Assembly: GCA_965203805.1 (NCBI GenBank) | Contig: OZ241917.1 | Coordinates: 1,344,001 to 1,408,000, forward strand | Origin: Candidatus Latescibacterota bacterium | GTDB lineage: Bacteria > Latescibacterota > UBA2968 > GCA-2709665 | DNA: 64,000 nucleotides | Direction: 5' to 3' | Part shown: piece after piece, positions 27,976-37,445 of the stretch | Numbering within the stretch: position 1 is the first letter of the stretch | How the letters are laid out: the number at the start of each line of letters is the position of its first letter | Program-made: the position numbers and the translations under genes | Notes under the pieces: generated by a model | What the model saw: only the letters and a program-made list of their open reading frames with translations | Told to the model about the DNA's origin: nothing | Databases searched by the model: none

Positions 27976-30900
27976 GCCTCAGCAACAATCAGCCAAGTGA
28001 TTAGCTCAAAGTCAGAGTTACTCGGTTTCGCAGATTTAATTGGGAGTCTGGATTCGCGTTGACCTTGAATACCAAGCTCTCTTATCTGCGTTGCCGTGTT
28101 CGCGCCACCGATTTCAGCAATGACCGCGTTCAACAGCTTGTCGTAACTTGCCATGTCTTTCCCGTTCTGTGTTTCTCGATCAAACTGATCGCACAAAGCT
28201 TGAATGGGTTCGGTCTTTCCTATGGCCACCGACTCGAACAACTCGAGCACTTGGCGCGCGTTGGCGCAACCGTACCTAATTTGTCCAGTGCTGCGAATGT
28301 ACGCCAGATAGTATGGATGAATCGGACTCGCCATTTTTTCCCGTCTGTCTTTAGTTGCGTTGCGCCGCCGCAGGAAAAATATCACTCCCCGTGCCGGCGA
28401 ATTGTCTTCGCCGTGGGTTACCGCATACGCACCGTTCGGCGTTGTTTCCAATTCAGTCCTATTTCGTTCAAGATAGCGTAATAACTGTGAGAAGAAATAA
28501 TCCAGCGTGAAATCACTGATTACGACGCCATCCGTGACTTGGTCCAGATCGAGGACTTCCTCGCGTAGTTGCTGAAGTTGCCGGTCTCGAAAATTGAGCT
28601 CCCTCTGAACCCCGTCATATGTGTCTTCATCCAGGGGATCATCAGCCCCGCTTGCCGCCGCGTCGGCAAGCGCCATGCGTGCCTGCACCCGGCATTGCAG
28701 GCGCAGATAGACTTCCATATCGTCCGTAGGCCAGTAATTTATCATCCTTACCGCTTTGCTGCGGCTTCCAATCCTGTCGATGCGCCCGAAGCGCTGGATG
28801 ATTCGAATCGGATTCCAGTGGATATCGTAGTTCAGGACGGTATCGCAATCCTGCAGGTTTTGACCTTCCGAGATGCAGTCGGTCGCAATCAGCAAGTCAA
28901 TCTCACCGTTGATAGCGCCATTACGACCACGTGCCCTAGGCGAAAAATTGGTTAGAATGGCGTTGAAGTTGCGAGCGCCAAACTTCGCATGCGTCACGTC
29001 CCCCGCGACCATGGCCATATTCAAGCCTAATCCTTCCACTAAGCTACCTAAGTTTTCGTAGAGGTATTCCGCCGTATCCTTGAAGGTCGTAAAAATGAGA
29101 ATTTTGCGATTCAACCTGCCGTCCTTGTCCGTCGTTGGACTATTCACCCTGTTTCGAATGTGCTCTTTGATTTTTCTCAGCTTTCCGTCCCGGTCGGGTG
29201 AGATCGTCCGGACTTTCTGCCATGCCGCGTCAAGTGTTTCCTTATCTGTTAGTAGATCAGCCCTCCAGCGTGGCAGGTCGAGTTCACGCAGATGATAGGG
29301 ATTGCGTGCTCGATTAACGAGAAACTCCTCATCGTCATCATCATCGTCCGGAAGGATATCGGCTTGAGATGACACCGCAGCCCGGGTTTCCAGGAAACTG
29401 TCGATTTTTGCGACCAAATCGTCAATCTTCCTCACGGTCCGCCCAAGTGTTTCGGATAATGAATGCGCGGAGCTTTCCAATCGCTTGAGAAAGTTCGTCC
29501 GAATCATGCCAATGAGAAATCGCTCACGATCCTCCTGGTTGAATCTAAGGGTCCGTTTTTCATCCGCCAGTCGTCGTTTTGCCTCTTCACTGGTAACGTA
29601 TCTGGAAGGCCTGTAGACAGAAAGGGCGAATTCTTCTATCTGTTCAGCGAGACCCTTATACGAGAGTCTACCAGTCAGGTCGGTACGCGGATGGTGGTTT
29701 TCGGGTTTTCGTTGTATTGGGAATTCACCAATTCGATCCATTTCGTCGGCGTAGAATGTCTCGATCTGGCGTCGCGACCGGGCAATCGAAATTCCGCCTA
29801 ACAATCCGAAGAAATCTGCGCCTAGTTGTTCCAGCAGTTTTGATTTGTCCTTCTTCCCAGTCTGAGCAGTGGTGTTCTCCCATGACTTAAATTCCCTTTG
29901 GGCTTGCTTCAGCATCACATCAATATTGCCGATTCCCAAGCTCTCGCGAAATACATCCTGGCGTCCTTCCGTCATCAGGTAAATCTGATTACGAAGATCA
30001 ATTAGTGATGTGTTAACAGGGGTCGCCGAAAGCATTAGCACCTTTGTCTGCGTACCCTCCTTTATCACCTCTTCCAGCAAACGGGAATAGCGACTGTGTC
30101 GTATATTGCCGTATTCATCTTTTCGAGGCGTTGAGTCATTCCTGAAATTATGAGACTCGTCGATAACAACCATATCAAAATTCCGCCAATTGAAGTTCGC
30201 CAGTTCGATTTGCCCGGATCTTCCGCTAATTCGGGTCAGATCTGTATGCGAGAGCAACGTATATCCGAAGCGGTCGTCGTCGAAGGGATTGTTCTCATGT
30301 GCGTTATAGGCCGGATACAAAGCCCAATTATCGTGCAGCTTTTTGGGACACAATACCAGCACACGTTCATTTCTCAGCTCAAAGTATTTGATAACGGCAA
30401 GCGCAGTATATGTCTTTCCCAAACCCACGCTATCAGCCAGAATGCAACCGTTGTGTCTAAGCAAGCGTGTAATGACGCTCTTTGCGCCGTCCTTCTGAAA
30501 GTTGTACAACGCATTCCAGATAGCCGTATCGTACAGGTGCGTGTCTTTAATGTTCTGATCTCTAGCTTCCCTCGCATCGATATCGTCCCGGAATAACTGA
30601 TAAAGCGTCTTGAAATAGATCAGTTCCGGTGAATGGTCCTTGCCGATCCGGTTGAGAGCATCGAGAACATCCGTTTTTGCATTGCGGGTTAGTTTCGTGT
30701 CTGTCCACAGATCGTCAAACCACGCGCCCAATTCGGCACGAATTACCGAATCAGAGGCTGCGAGGTTGATTTCGACGTTTGCCCCCTCCTCGCAGCCAAG
30801 TCCCCTCTTGGTAAAGTTGGAACTCCCGACCACCGCCGCTCCTCCATCGGACGATTCAGTTAAATGCATCTTGCCGTGAAGAAAGTTGGATATTCCAATG

Positions 30901-31259
30901 GATCGAATACGGACACCCCTTCTTCGCACCCATTCCTCGCACCTTCGCGCCAGGTATTTCTGTTGGAGAACATGATGCGGCGAGAGGCCGTCCTCCGTCA
31001 GGTCGTAAGATTTCGGCTCTTTCTCTCCCGGGTCCAATTCACCCACGGATGCCGGATCGCCGAACAGAAAGCGGACATCTTTTAGGCCTCGAAGTTCGGA
31101 TTCCAAAGCCTCATATCCGTAAATCGTGAAATATGCTGAAACGAGGCGGTACACGTCGGCATCGGACAGGTGCGTGCGCAGAAAATCGGCAACGCTGTGG
31201 CGCCGATTGTCAAGAATATGCTCGTACGCGGAGAATTCAGCTTTTTTCGTATCGGTCAT
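27972..31259 (-). CDS. PLD-nuclease-domain SNF2/SF2 helicase
   Basis: LHGKMH...GSSNFT (PLD HxK), LADSVGLGKT, IDESHNFRN, LSATP, ISEGQNLQD, QRFGRIDRIGS. Confidence 0.88.
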   Translation of the reverse strand: MTDTKKAEFSAYEHILDNRRHSVADFLRTHLSDADVYRLVSAYFTIYGYEALESELRGLKDVRFLFGDPASVGELDPGEKEPKSYDLTEDGLSPHHVLQQKYLARRCEEWVRRRGVRIRSIGISNFLHGKMHLTESSDGGAAVVGSSNFTKRGLGCEEGANVEINLAASDSVIRAELGAWFDDLWTDTKLTRNAKTDVLDALNRIGKDHSPELIYFKTLYQLFRDDIDAREARDQNIKDTHLYDTAIWNALYNFQKDGAKSVITRLLRHNGCILADSVGLGKTYTALAVIKYFELRNERVLVLCPKKLHDNWALYPAYNAHENNPFDDDRFGYTLLSHTDLTRISGRSGQIELANFNWRNFDMVVIDESHNFRNDSTPRKDEYGNIRHSRYSRLLEEVIKEGTQTKVLMLSATPVNTSLIDLRNQIYLMTEGRQDVFRESLGIGNIDVMLKQAQREFKSWENTTAQTGKKDKSKLLEQLGADFFGLLGGISIARSRRQIETFYADEMDRIGEFPIQRKPENHHPRTDLTGRLSYKGLAEQIEEFALSVYRPSRYVTSEEAKRRLADEKRTLRFNQEDRERFLIGMIRTNFLKRLESSAHSLSETLGRTVRKIDDLVAKIDSFLETRAAVSSQADILPDDDDDDEEFLVNRARNPYHLRELDLPRWRADLLTDKETLDAAWQKVRTISPDRDGKLRKIKEHIRNRVNSPTTDKDGRLNRKILIFTTFKDTAEYLYENLGSLVEGLGLNMAMVAGDVTHAKFGARNFNAILTNFSPRARGRNGAINGEIDLLIATDCISEGQNLQDCDTVLNYDIHWNPIRIIQRFGRIDRIGSRSKAVRMINYWPTDDMEVYLRLQCRVQARMALADAAASGADDPLDEDTYDGVQRELNFRDRQLQQLREEVLDLDQVTDGVVISDFTLDYFFSQLLRYLERNRTELETTPNGAYAVTHGEDNSPARGVIFFLRRRNATKDRREKMASPIHPYYLAYIRSTGQIRYGCANARQVLELFESVAIGKTEPIQALCDQFDRETQNGKDMASYDKLLNAVIAEIGGANTATQIRELGIQGQRESRLPIKSAKPSNSDFELITWLIVAEA

Positions 31260-31380
31260 CTACGCTCCAGAAAATCTGTAATCGCGGGCTTCACGCGAGG
31301 TATATTAGAATCTTACAGTAAGACGTCTACGCAAAATGCGTGCATGTTTATTGGTGCAGTTTGCTCACGTTCACGCGTTG

Positions 31381-31473
31381 TAATCCCCCCACCGCATCAG
31401 CCGTCGCCTGCCCTTCGACAGGCTCAGGGAACAGGCTCGGCTTCTGCGACTCCCCCTCAAGGGGGAGTGATTG
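31381..31473. repeat. Composite nested palindromic (REP-like) element
   Basis: Stem enclosing CCCTTCGACAGGCTCAGGG, followed by the perfect hairpin ACTCCCCC-TCAA-GGGGGAGT at 31449-31468. Confidence 0.55.
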
Positions 31474-31591
31474 CATTGTCAAACGGGCTCAGGCGTTCAC
31501 TTCAGTCAATTAGGTTGCGGCTGAACAAAACGAAGCCGCGATAGGGCACTCAGCGATCTCGATTCCCAACATTACCCGAAAGGACCTCCCG

Positions 31592-31969
31592 ATGAAAAAA
31601 CAACCGTTCACGAGTTCGAAAGGCAACATCCCCAAATTCCCGTATTCGCAGGCCATCATATACGGCGACCTGATATTTATCTCCGCGCAGCCGCCGGTGG
31701 ATCCGGAAACGGGGGACGTGGAGTCCGGCGACGTAAAGGCGCAGACCCGTCGTATCCTCGCCAACGTATCCGGCATCCTGGAAGACGTGGGCACTTCGCT
31801 GGACAACCTGCTCAAGGTCACCGTCTTCCTCAAAGACCGGTCGTTGTTTTCCGATTTCAACGACGCCTATGCCGGTTTCTTCCCGGAAAACCCGCCGGCG
31901 CGTTCACCGGTCTTCACCGACACCGGCGACTATCTCGTGACCATGGACTTTATCGCAGGCATGGATTGA
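31592..31969 (+). CDS. RidA/YjgF family protein
   Basis: PYSQA, FISAQ.P.DP.TG, KVTVFL.D...F..FN.AY..FF...PPARS. Confidence 0.9.
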   Translation: MKKQPFTSSKGNIPKFPYSQAIIYGDLIFISAQPPVDPETGDVESGDVKAQTRRILANVSGILEDVGTSLDNLLKVTVFLKDRSLFSDFNDAYAGFFPENPPARSPVFTDTGDYLVTMDFIAGMD

Positions 31970-31998
31970 GACCGGCGGCATAACGACCGGCCATCGGC

Positions 31999-33018
31999 TC
32001 AGGCTTCATCGTCCGACTTGTCCCGCCGTTTGAGCGCCAGGCGCGCGCCGAGGCGCAGCGTTTCGAGCATATTGGCTTCGTCCGCGACGCCCTGCCCCGC
32101 AATATCGAACGCCGTGCCGTGGTCCACGGACACCCGGACGATGGGCAGCCCCAGCGTCACGTTTACGGCGTCGTGAAATGCCACCAGCTTGACCGGCGCG
32201 TGGCCCTGGTCGTGGTACATGGCCACCACGCCATCGAAACCGCCGTTGTACGCCTTCAGAAAAACCGTATCCGCGGGCAGCGGCCCGGAAACCCGCATCC
32301 CCCCGGCATTCGCCTTCTGAACGGCCGGCCGGATCCGTTCAGCATCCTCCCGCCCCAGGACTCCCGCCTCTCCGGCGTGCGGATTCAGGCCGCACACGGC
32401 AATGCGGGGATCCGGCCTGTCCATGTCCCCCAGGGCGCCGTGCAGCAGTCTGATCGTGTCGAAGACGCGCGTTTCCGTCACCTGTACCGGTACACGGCAC
32501 AGCGCCAAGTGACCCGTGACGTGGGCCACGTTCAGGCGTTCGGACGCCAGCATCAATCGGACGTCCGGAACGCCGAGGTGATCCGCCAGCAGTTCCGTAT
32601 GACCCGCGTAGCTGAACCCGGCCCTGTTCATCGCCTCCTTGTTCAGAGGCGCCGTTACGATCCCGCCGATCCGCCCCGCCACGGCCATGTCCACGGCTTC
32701 AACCACCCATTTCACGGCTGCCCGGCCCGCCTCCGGACAGACCCGGCCCGTCTCAACCCGCGCGTGATCCAGGTCCACTGGCGCCCACAGATCGATCCGT
32801 CCGAAGCGGTATCGCCCCTGTTCGGGCGCGTCGACCGCCCGGATCTCGAGCGTGCGCGAAGAATGCGCGAGGTTTGCGGCGAGAACATCCGGGTCGCCGA
32901 CCACCAGCGGCCTGCAGAACGCATAGACCTCCGGGTGACTCAACGCCTTAACGATCACCTCCGGGCCGATGCCGCAGACGTCCCCCATCGTGATCCCCAG
33001 CAACGGTCGCGGTGTCAT
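31999..33018 (-). CDS. pdxA: 4-hydroxythreonine-4-phosphate dehydrogenase PdxA family (could be PdxA2-type)
   Basis: ITMGD..GIGPE, TAPLNK, GHTELLA, GLNPHAGE, AMYHDQG, NVTLGLP..R.SVDHGTAFDIAG. Confidence 0.88.
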   Translation of the reverse strand: MTPRPLLGITMGDVCGIGPEVIVKALSHPEVYAFCRPLVVGDPDVLAANLAHSSRTLEIRAVDAPEQGRYRFGRIDLWAPVDLDHARVETGRVCPEAGRAAVKWVVEAVDMAVAGRIGGIVTAPLNKEAMNRAGFSYAGHTELLADHLGVPDVRLMLASERLNVAHVTGHLALCRVPVQVTETRVFDTIRLLHGALGDMDRPDPRIAVCGLNPHAGEAGVLGREDAERIRPAVQKANAGGMRVSGPLPADTVFLKAYNGGFDGVVAMYHDQGHAPVKLVAFHDAVNVTLGLPIVRVSVDHGTAFDIAGQGVADEANMLETLRLGARLALKRRDKSDDEA

Positions 33019-33081
33019 TGTATCATCCTTCAGCGGCTCCGGGTCCCGACAACCGCACCCGGATTCAGCCCGCTGCGGCTG

Positions 33082-34011
33082 TTACCCTTTTTCGGGGCCC
33101 GAAGTCGCGTACACGTGCCGCGGCCGACCTCCGAAGGGTTCCCGGCCCAGGTACATCCGTGTGAAGCCGCGCTGCACGCAAAACCCGAACTCCTCGGCCA
33201 ACGCCTTGCCGTCCGGATTGACAAGCGGCACGTCGAAGAAGACCGGTTCGCCGACCAACCGGTCCAGCGCCCAGCAGAACAGAGCCCTGCCCGCCTGCTC
33301 GCGGGCCGCCACGAGCGGTCCGATCTGAAACGCGTTGCTGCCAGGCCTGACCATCACGTATCCCTCGATTCCGCCCCCATCCCCGGAAAAAACGCCGGAC
33401 AGGCCCCCTGAATCCCGATACAGATGCCTGAGCAGGTCATTCCGGCAGATGCCAAAGAGGGGGGTGTCGAAGGCAATTACGTCTGCCAGGTCCGCGCCGC
33501 GCATCGCCCGCACCGACGTCCACCGGCACGCCCGTCCGACCCCTTCCCGCCGCTCCAGCGCGTACTCGTCACGAAACCCGAGCGGCACGTACACGTTCCT
33601 CCCCAACGGCGTCGCGTCCAGTTTGATCGTGTCCACGCCACTGGCCTGGAGGTGCGCGATCCCGTGCCGCAACATCGCGGTACCGATTCCCTGACGCCGT
33701 CGCGCCGGCGGGACCAGCACCATCGCCACCCAGCCGCAGACCCCGCCGAACGTCACCGTCACAACCGTACCGGCGGGTTCGCTCCCGATCTCGGCCACGA
33801 AACAACCGTCGGGAGAAAGCGCGAGAAAACGCCGCCAGTCCTCCTCGACCTGGTTCCAGCCGGCCAACGTCTTGAACCGCATGCCGGTTGCAACGTCCGC
33901 CGCGGTCATCGTCCGGATGTGGAGGCTTTGCTCGATATTGGACACAGGCCCTCCGACGTTCTGCATCCGCCTGTGCCACGGGCGGCCGGCGGAACGTAAC
34001 GAGCGAACCAC
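33082..34011 (-). CDS. GNAT N-acetyltransferase (two-domain, YitH-like)
   Basis: AGWNQ..DW, V.P..RRQGIG, LDATP.G..VY..LGF, IGPLVA; start codon uncertain. Confidence 0.8.
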   Translation of the reverse strand: MVRSLRSAGRPWHRRMQNVGGPVSNIEQSLHIRTMTAADVATGMRFKTLAGWNQVEEDWRRFLALSPDGCFVAEIGSEPAGTVVTVTFGGVCGWVAMVLVPPARRRQGIGTAMLRHGIAHLQASGVDTIKLDATPLGRNVYVPLGFRDEYALERREGVGRACRWTSVRAMRGADLADVIAFDTPLFGICRNDLLRHLYRDSGGLSGVFSGDGGGIEGYVMVRPGSNAFQIGPLVAAREQAGRALFCWALDRLVGEPVFFDVPLVNPDGKALAEEFGFCVQRGFTRMYLGREPFGGRPRHVYATSGPEKG

Positions 34012-34164
34012 GGGCTACTCACCCGTTGACACGGCAATCCATACACTCCATATTATCGCCACTTCAGTCCCCGCCCGCAACGGCCGGAGCGTCGAATTCC
34101 GGACCTGAACCGTCCATAGCGCCTGGATTCTCACAACCCCGCGCAGGAGCCCGGACCCCACTCC

Positions 34165-36084
34165 ATGGCACAGATAGTCAGCCGCCGATCCGTCCTCATC
34201 GGCCTTGCGCTTACCATCGTCATCTGCCTCTTCGCGACTGACACCACCTACCGCCTGCGCGCCTCCCGCGTCTCCCTGGGCCACCTGCCCATGTCCCTCT
34301 GGCTTCCGTTCCTGCTCCTCTTCCTTGGCAACCGGATCCTGCAAATCCTCCGTCCCCGCTGGTCCCTGAACGCCGGGGAGCTCGGTCTCGTCCTCTGCAT
34401 GGGATTCATCGGGGGCGCGTTCCCCACGAAGAATATCGCGGGCCGCCTGGTCGCCGTCCTCGCAACGCCGTATTACAAGGCCACGCCCGAAAACCGTTGG
34501 GGTGAGTACGTCACGGAACACCTGCGACCCTGGTCGGTCCCGGGCAACCGCGACGGCGCCATCACCCACCTGTGGGAAGGACTGCCCAAGGGTCAGCCCG
34601 TTCCGTGGGAAGTCTGGGCGGCGCCTCTCTTCTGGTGGTTCACGCTGCTGTTCGCACTCTTCTTCGCCTGCCTCTGCATCGCCGTGATGCTCCGCAAACA
34701 GTGGGTGGAACACGAACGAATCGTCTTTCCCCTGGCGCGGCTGCCGCTGATGATGATCTCCGATCCCGGGTCGGGCGCGATCCCGCTATTCAACAACCGG
34801 CGGTTCTGGGCGGGATTCGGGATCGGCATATTCGTTCTGGCGTGGAACGTGCTCCCCAGATTCTCGCACCGCGTCCCCTATATTCCGCTCGGCCCCACGT
34901 TTTCGAGCGCCCTCTCCCTCGGGCACGACTTCCCGCCGCTGCAAATCAAGTTCAACTTCGTCGTGGCCGCGTTCGGCTATCTCACGAACCTGGAGGTGCT
35001 TCTATCCGTCTGGCTCTTCCATGTGCTTTCGCTCCTCGAGATCGGCCTGACCAACCGGCTTGGCATCGCCGTGAGCAGCGAATATCACGGGGGCGTTCTT
35101 CTCCAGCAGGCGGGGGGATTCACAGCCCTTGTGTTTCTGGGCCTGTTCATTGCGCGAAAGCACATCGCCGGCGTGTTCCGCAGCCTCTGGCGGCGGCAGC
35201 CGGGAATGGACGACCGGGACGAACTGCTGTCCTATCGCGCCGCGGTGGTCGGCCTGTTCCTGTCCCTCGCCTACGCCGTGGCCTGGCTCCACGCGCTGGG
35301 TATTTCCATCCTGGCTGTAACCGTCCAACTGGGCCTGCTTCTGGTCTTTTTCCTCGGCCTGTCGAAAATCGTGGCCGAAACCGGCCTGGTCTACATCGAA
35401 ACGCCGCAACGCACCCAAGCGCTGACGGCGGCCATACTGGGCACACAGGTACAGACCGCCGACCACGTAGGTATGGCCCTTTCGGCCAACGTCGTGGAGA
35501 GCCACAGGCAATACATCCTGCCTTCGCTGGTACATGTCGCCCGAATCCAGCACAGCTTCCGGTGGAGCCGATCCCGCGCCACCGCGGCGCTCTGCGCGGC
35601 CTTCGTCGTCGGTTTCGTCGCTTCTGTCGCCTACACCCTCAACCTGTGTTACAGCGCGACAGGCGCCGCGAATATCCGCCACGTTTACGTATTCGGCGGC
35701 TACGGCCTTCGCATGTTCAATCGCGTGGTCACGTGGGCCGGGGCTCCGCCCACCTTTACGGGTACGGAACTCGCATTCCTGGCGGCCGGCGTTCTGGGCA
35801 CCCTGCTCCTGGGAATGCTCCGGCTTCGCTTTCCCTGGTGGCCGCTCCACCCTGTCGGCTTCACCGTCGGATATGCATTCCCCGTAAGGGTAACGGCATT
35901 CACAGTCTTTCTCGTGTGGGCCTTCAAGTCCCTTGTGCTCCGGTTCGGCGGCATCGCGCTCTACCGGAGTTTCCAGCCGTTCTTTGTGGGTCTGCTGATG
36001 GGCTACACCCTCGGCGTGGGCATCTCCACACTCACCGATGCCATCTGGTTCCCCGGTGACGGTAAAATGGTACACACATGGTGA
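34165..36084 (+). CDS. Polytopic membrane protein, DUF6785/DUF6784-like (putative transporter)
   Basis: Many TM segments; PYY.ATPEN.W, LRKQWVEHERIVFPL, RFPWWPLHPVG, RFGG..LYR...PFF.GL. Confidence 0.65.
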   Translation: MAQIVSRRSVLIGLALTIVICLFATDTTYRLRASRVSLGHLPMSLWLPFLLLFLGNRILQILRPRWSLNAGELGLVLCMGFIGGAFPTKNIAGRLVAVLATPYYKATPENRWGEYVTEHLRPWSVPGNRDGAITHLWEGLPKGQPVPWEVWAAPLFWWFTLLFALFFACLCIAVMLRKQWVEHERIVFPLARLPLMMISDPGSGAIPLFNNRRFWAGFGIGIFVLAWNVLPRFSHRVPYIPLGPTFSSALSLGHDFPPLQIKFNFVVAAFGYLTNLEVLLSVWLFHVLSLLEIGLTNRLGIAVSSEYHGGVLLQQAGGFTALVFLGLFIARKHIAGVFRSLWRRQPGMDDRDELLSYRAAVVGLFLSLAYAVAWLHALGISILAVTVQLGLLLVFFLGLSKIVAETGLVYIETPQRTQALTAAILGTQVQTADHVGMALSANVVESHRQYILPSLVHVARIQHSFRWSRSRATAALCAAFVVGFVASVAYTLNLCYSATGAANIRHVYVFGGYGLRMFNRVVTWAGAPPTFTGTELAFLAAGVLGTLLLGMLRLRFPWWPLHPVGFTVGYAFPVRVTAFTVFLVWAFKSLVLRFGGIALYRSFQPFFVGLLMGYTLGVGISTLTDAIWFPGDGKMVHTW

Positions 36085-36100
36085 AACGCGCGGGACCGCT

Positions 36101-37123
36101 TCACGGCTTGCGCGGCAGGGACCGCACCCCCTCATCTCCGAACATGAACGAAAGCAGGGCGAAGCGCTTGCCGGTCGTCACCTCCGTGACCTCGTGCAGG
36201 TGCGAACAGGAAAACACCACCGCACCGCCGGCGCCGGGTTTGTAGAGATGGGGGCCGAATTCCGGAAACCGCAGGTGCCCGCCCGAGTACCGTTCGTTCA
36301 GGTTCAGCGTGAGCGCAAACCGCCGGTGCGCGGTCGATGGGCTCAGGTTGTCCCGGTGCGCGTGAAAAAACCCGCCGGACGCGGCGTCGTAGCAAGCTAT
36401 CTTGAACCCCTCAAACCGCGTGGCGCGGTACGCGAACGCCCGCTGCAACTCCGGAATCACCCTGCGGCCGATGGCGGACGAAAGCAACCTGACCAGCTTG
36501 TCATCCTCTACGGTATGGTCCCTGCGGCTCTTCTGTCCGGCGTCGATACGCGCTCCCCGTCCCGTACCCTTCGACTGCTCCACGCCGGTTTCCACGTTGC
36601 CTCTGTTTTCCCACACCCCCATCAGAAAATTGCAGATATCGGGATCCAGTACATTGGGAACCAGCAGTACGGGGGCCTGCGCGTCGACCACCCTGGGTTC
36701 GGTCTCGGCCCGCCTCGAATCCAGCACGTTTCTCACCTTGCGCGCCGCGTTGCGCGGGTCATCCAGCACGACCGACGCAAGCACGCGCAGATTCGGATCC
36801 AGCACGAATACGATGGATGCGGCTGGATCGCCGATCCGGTACGCGGAGCGGACCACGCCTTTCGCATCCACGAAAACCGGATGCGGAAACTGCGAATTTC
36901 GCGGCGGTTTGCAGGCCGAAACCGCAAGGACTTCCACGTCCCGTCGGTCCAGCGCGGCCGGGAAGCCCGCGAAGCGTTCATCCTCGCCAGGGGAAAAGAT
37001 CAGGACCGCGGGGGCGCCGCCCGCCTTTGAATAGAACCGTGACAGGGTCCCGTCGGGCGCAAGCGGAAGCACGAAGTCCGTGGCCCGCTCGCCTCGTTCC
37101 AGTCCCTGTGTCGGCGTCTTCAT
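36101..37123 (-). CDS. 2OG-Fe(II) oxygenase with N-terminal redoxin (AhpC/TSA-like) domain
   Basis: GERATDF.LP, FVLDPNLRV; CYDA..GGFF.AHRDN, Y.GG.LRFPEFG, FSCS.LHEV..VT.G.R. Confidence 0.75.
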   Translation of the reverse strand: MKTPTQGLERGERATDFVLPLAPDGTLSRFYSKAGGAPAVLIFSPGEDERFAGFPAALDRRDVEVLAVSACKPPRNSQFPHPVFVDAKGVVRSAYRIGDPAASIVFVLDPNLRVLASVVLDDPRNAARKVRNVLDSRRAETEPRVVDAQAPVLLVPNVLDPDICNFLMGVWENRGNVETGVEQSKGTGRGARIDAGQKSRRDHTVEDDKLVRLLSSAIGRRVIPELQRAFAYRATRFEGFKIACYDAASGGFFHAHRDNLSPSTAHRRFALTLNLNERYSGGHLRFPEFGPHLYKPGAGGAVVFSCSHLHEVTEVTTGKRFALLSFMFGDEGVRSLPRKP

Positions 37124-37353
37124 GTCTCGGCTATCCGTTGCAATGGGGCAGGCAATTGATGAAACCGGTGTGTCCGGCGCCGCGTCCAACCCAGAACCGG
37201 GATCAACCGCCGGGAACTGCAAAAAGAGAGGGATTTCCGGCCTTTCGGATTCTCCGGGGGACAAAAGATACCCGCAGGGACGGGTACGTCAAAGCACAAA
37301 TGACCCCAGCGGGTGCGGGCGGCGGCGCCGGCTGCGGCCTCCTTTGAAATCCC

Positions 37354-37383
37354 TTGCAACAATCCGCATAACACGCCTATAAT
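37354..37383 (+). promoter_or_regulatory. Sigma-70-type promoter
   Basis: TTGCAA-18 bp-TATAAT upstream of the glycosyltransferase. Confidence 0.5.
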
Positions 37384-37445
37384 GCGTCAGTTATTATGGG
37401 CACATCAGGCTTGACCCGGTCAGTCTTTCGGGGCTGCGCCCTGTC

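Larger units (their letters stand above)
11314..31380. mobile_element. Lower-GC defence/genomic island (boundaries approximate)
   Basis: Abrupt compositional shift seen by eye; R-M, helicase, pAgo, recombinase and two IS elements; left edge coincides with a truncated gene. Confidence 0.75.

Noticed and set aside
29329-29350. TCA/TCG triplet repeat in the helicase as a contingency locus
   Set aside because: Imperfect in-frame repeat encoding an acidic linker (DDDDDDEE); not a phase-variation tract.
11315-31298. CTTCAACGCGA (about 11315) and CTTCACGCGA (about 31289) as att direct repeats
   Set aside because: Too short and imperfect to distinguish from chance.
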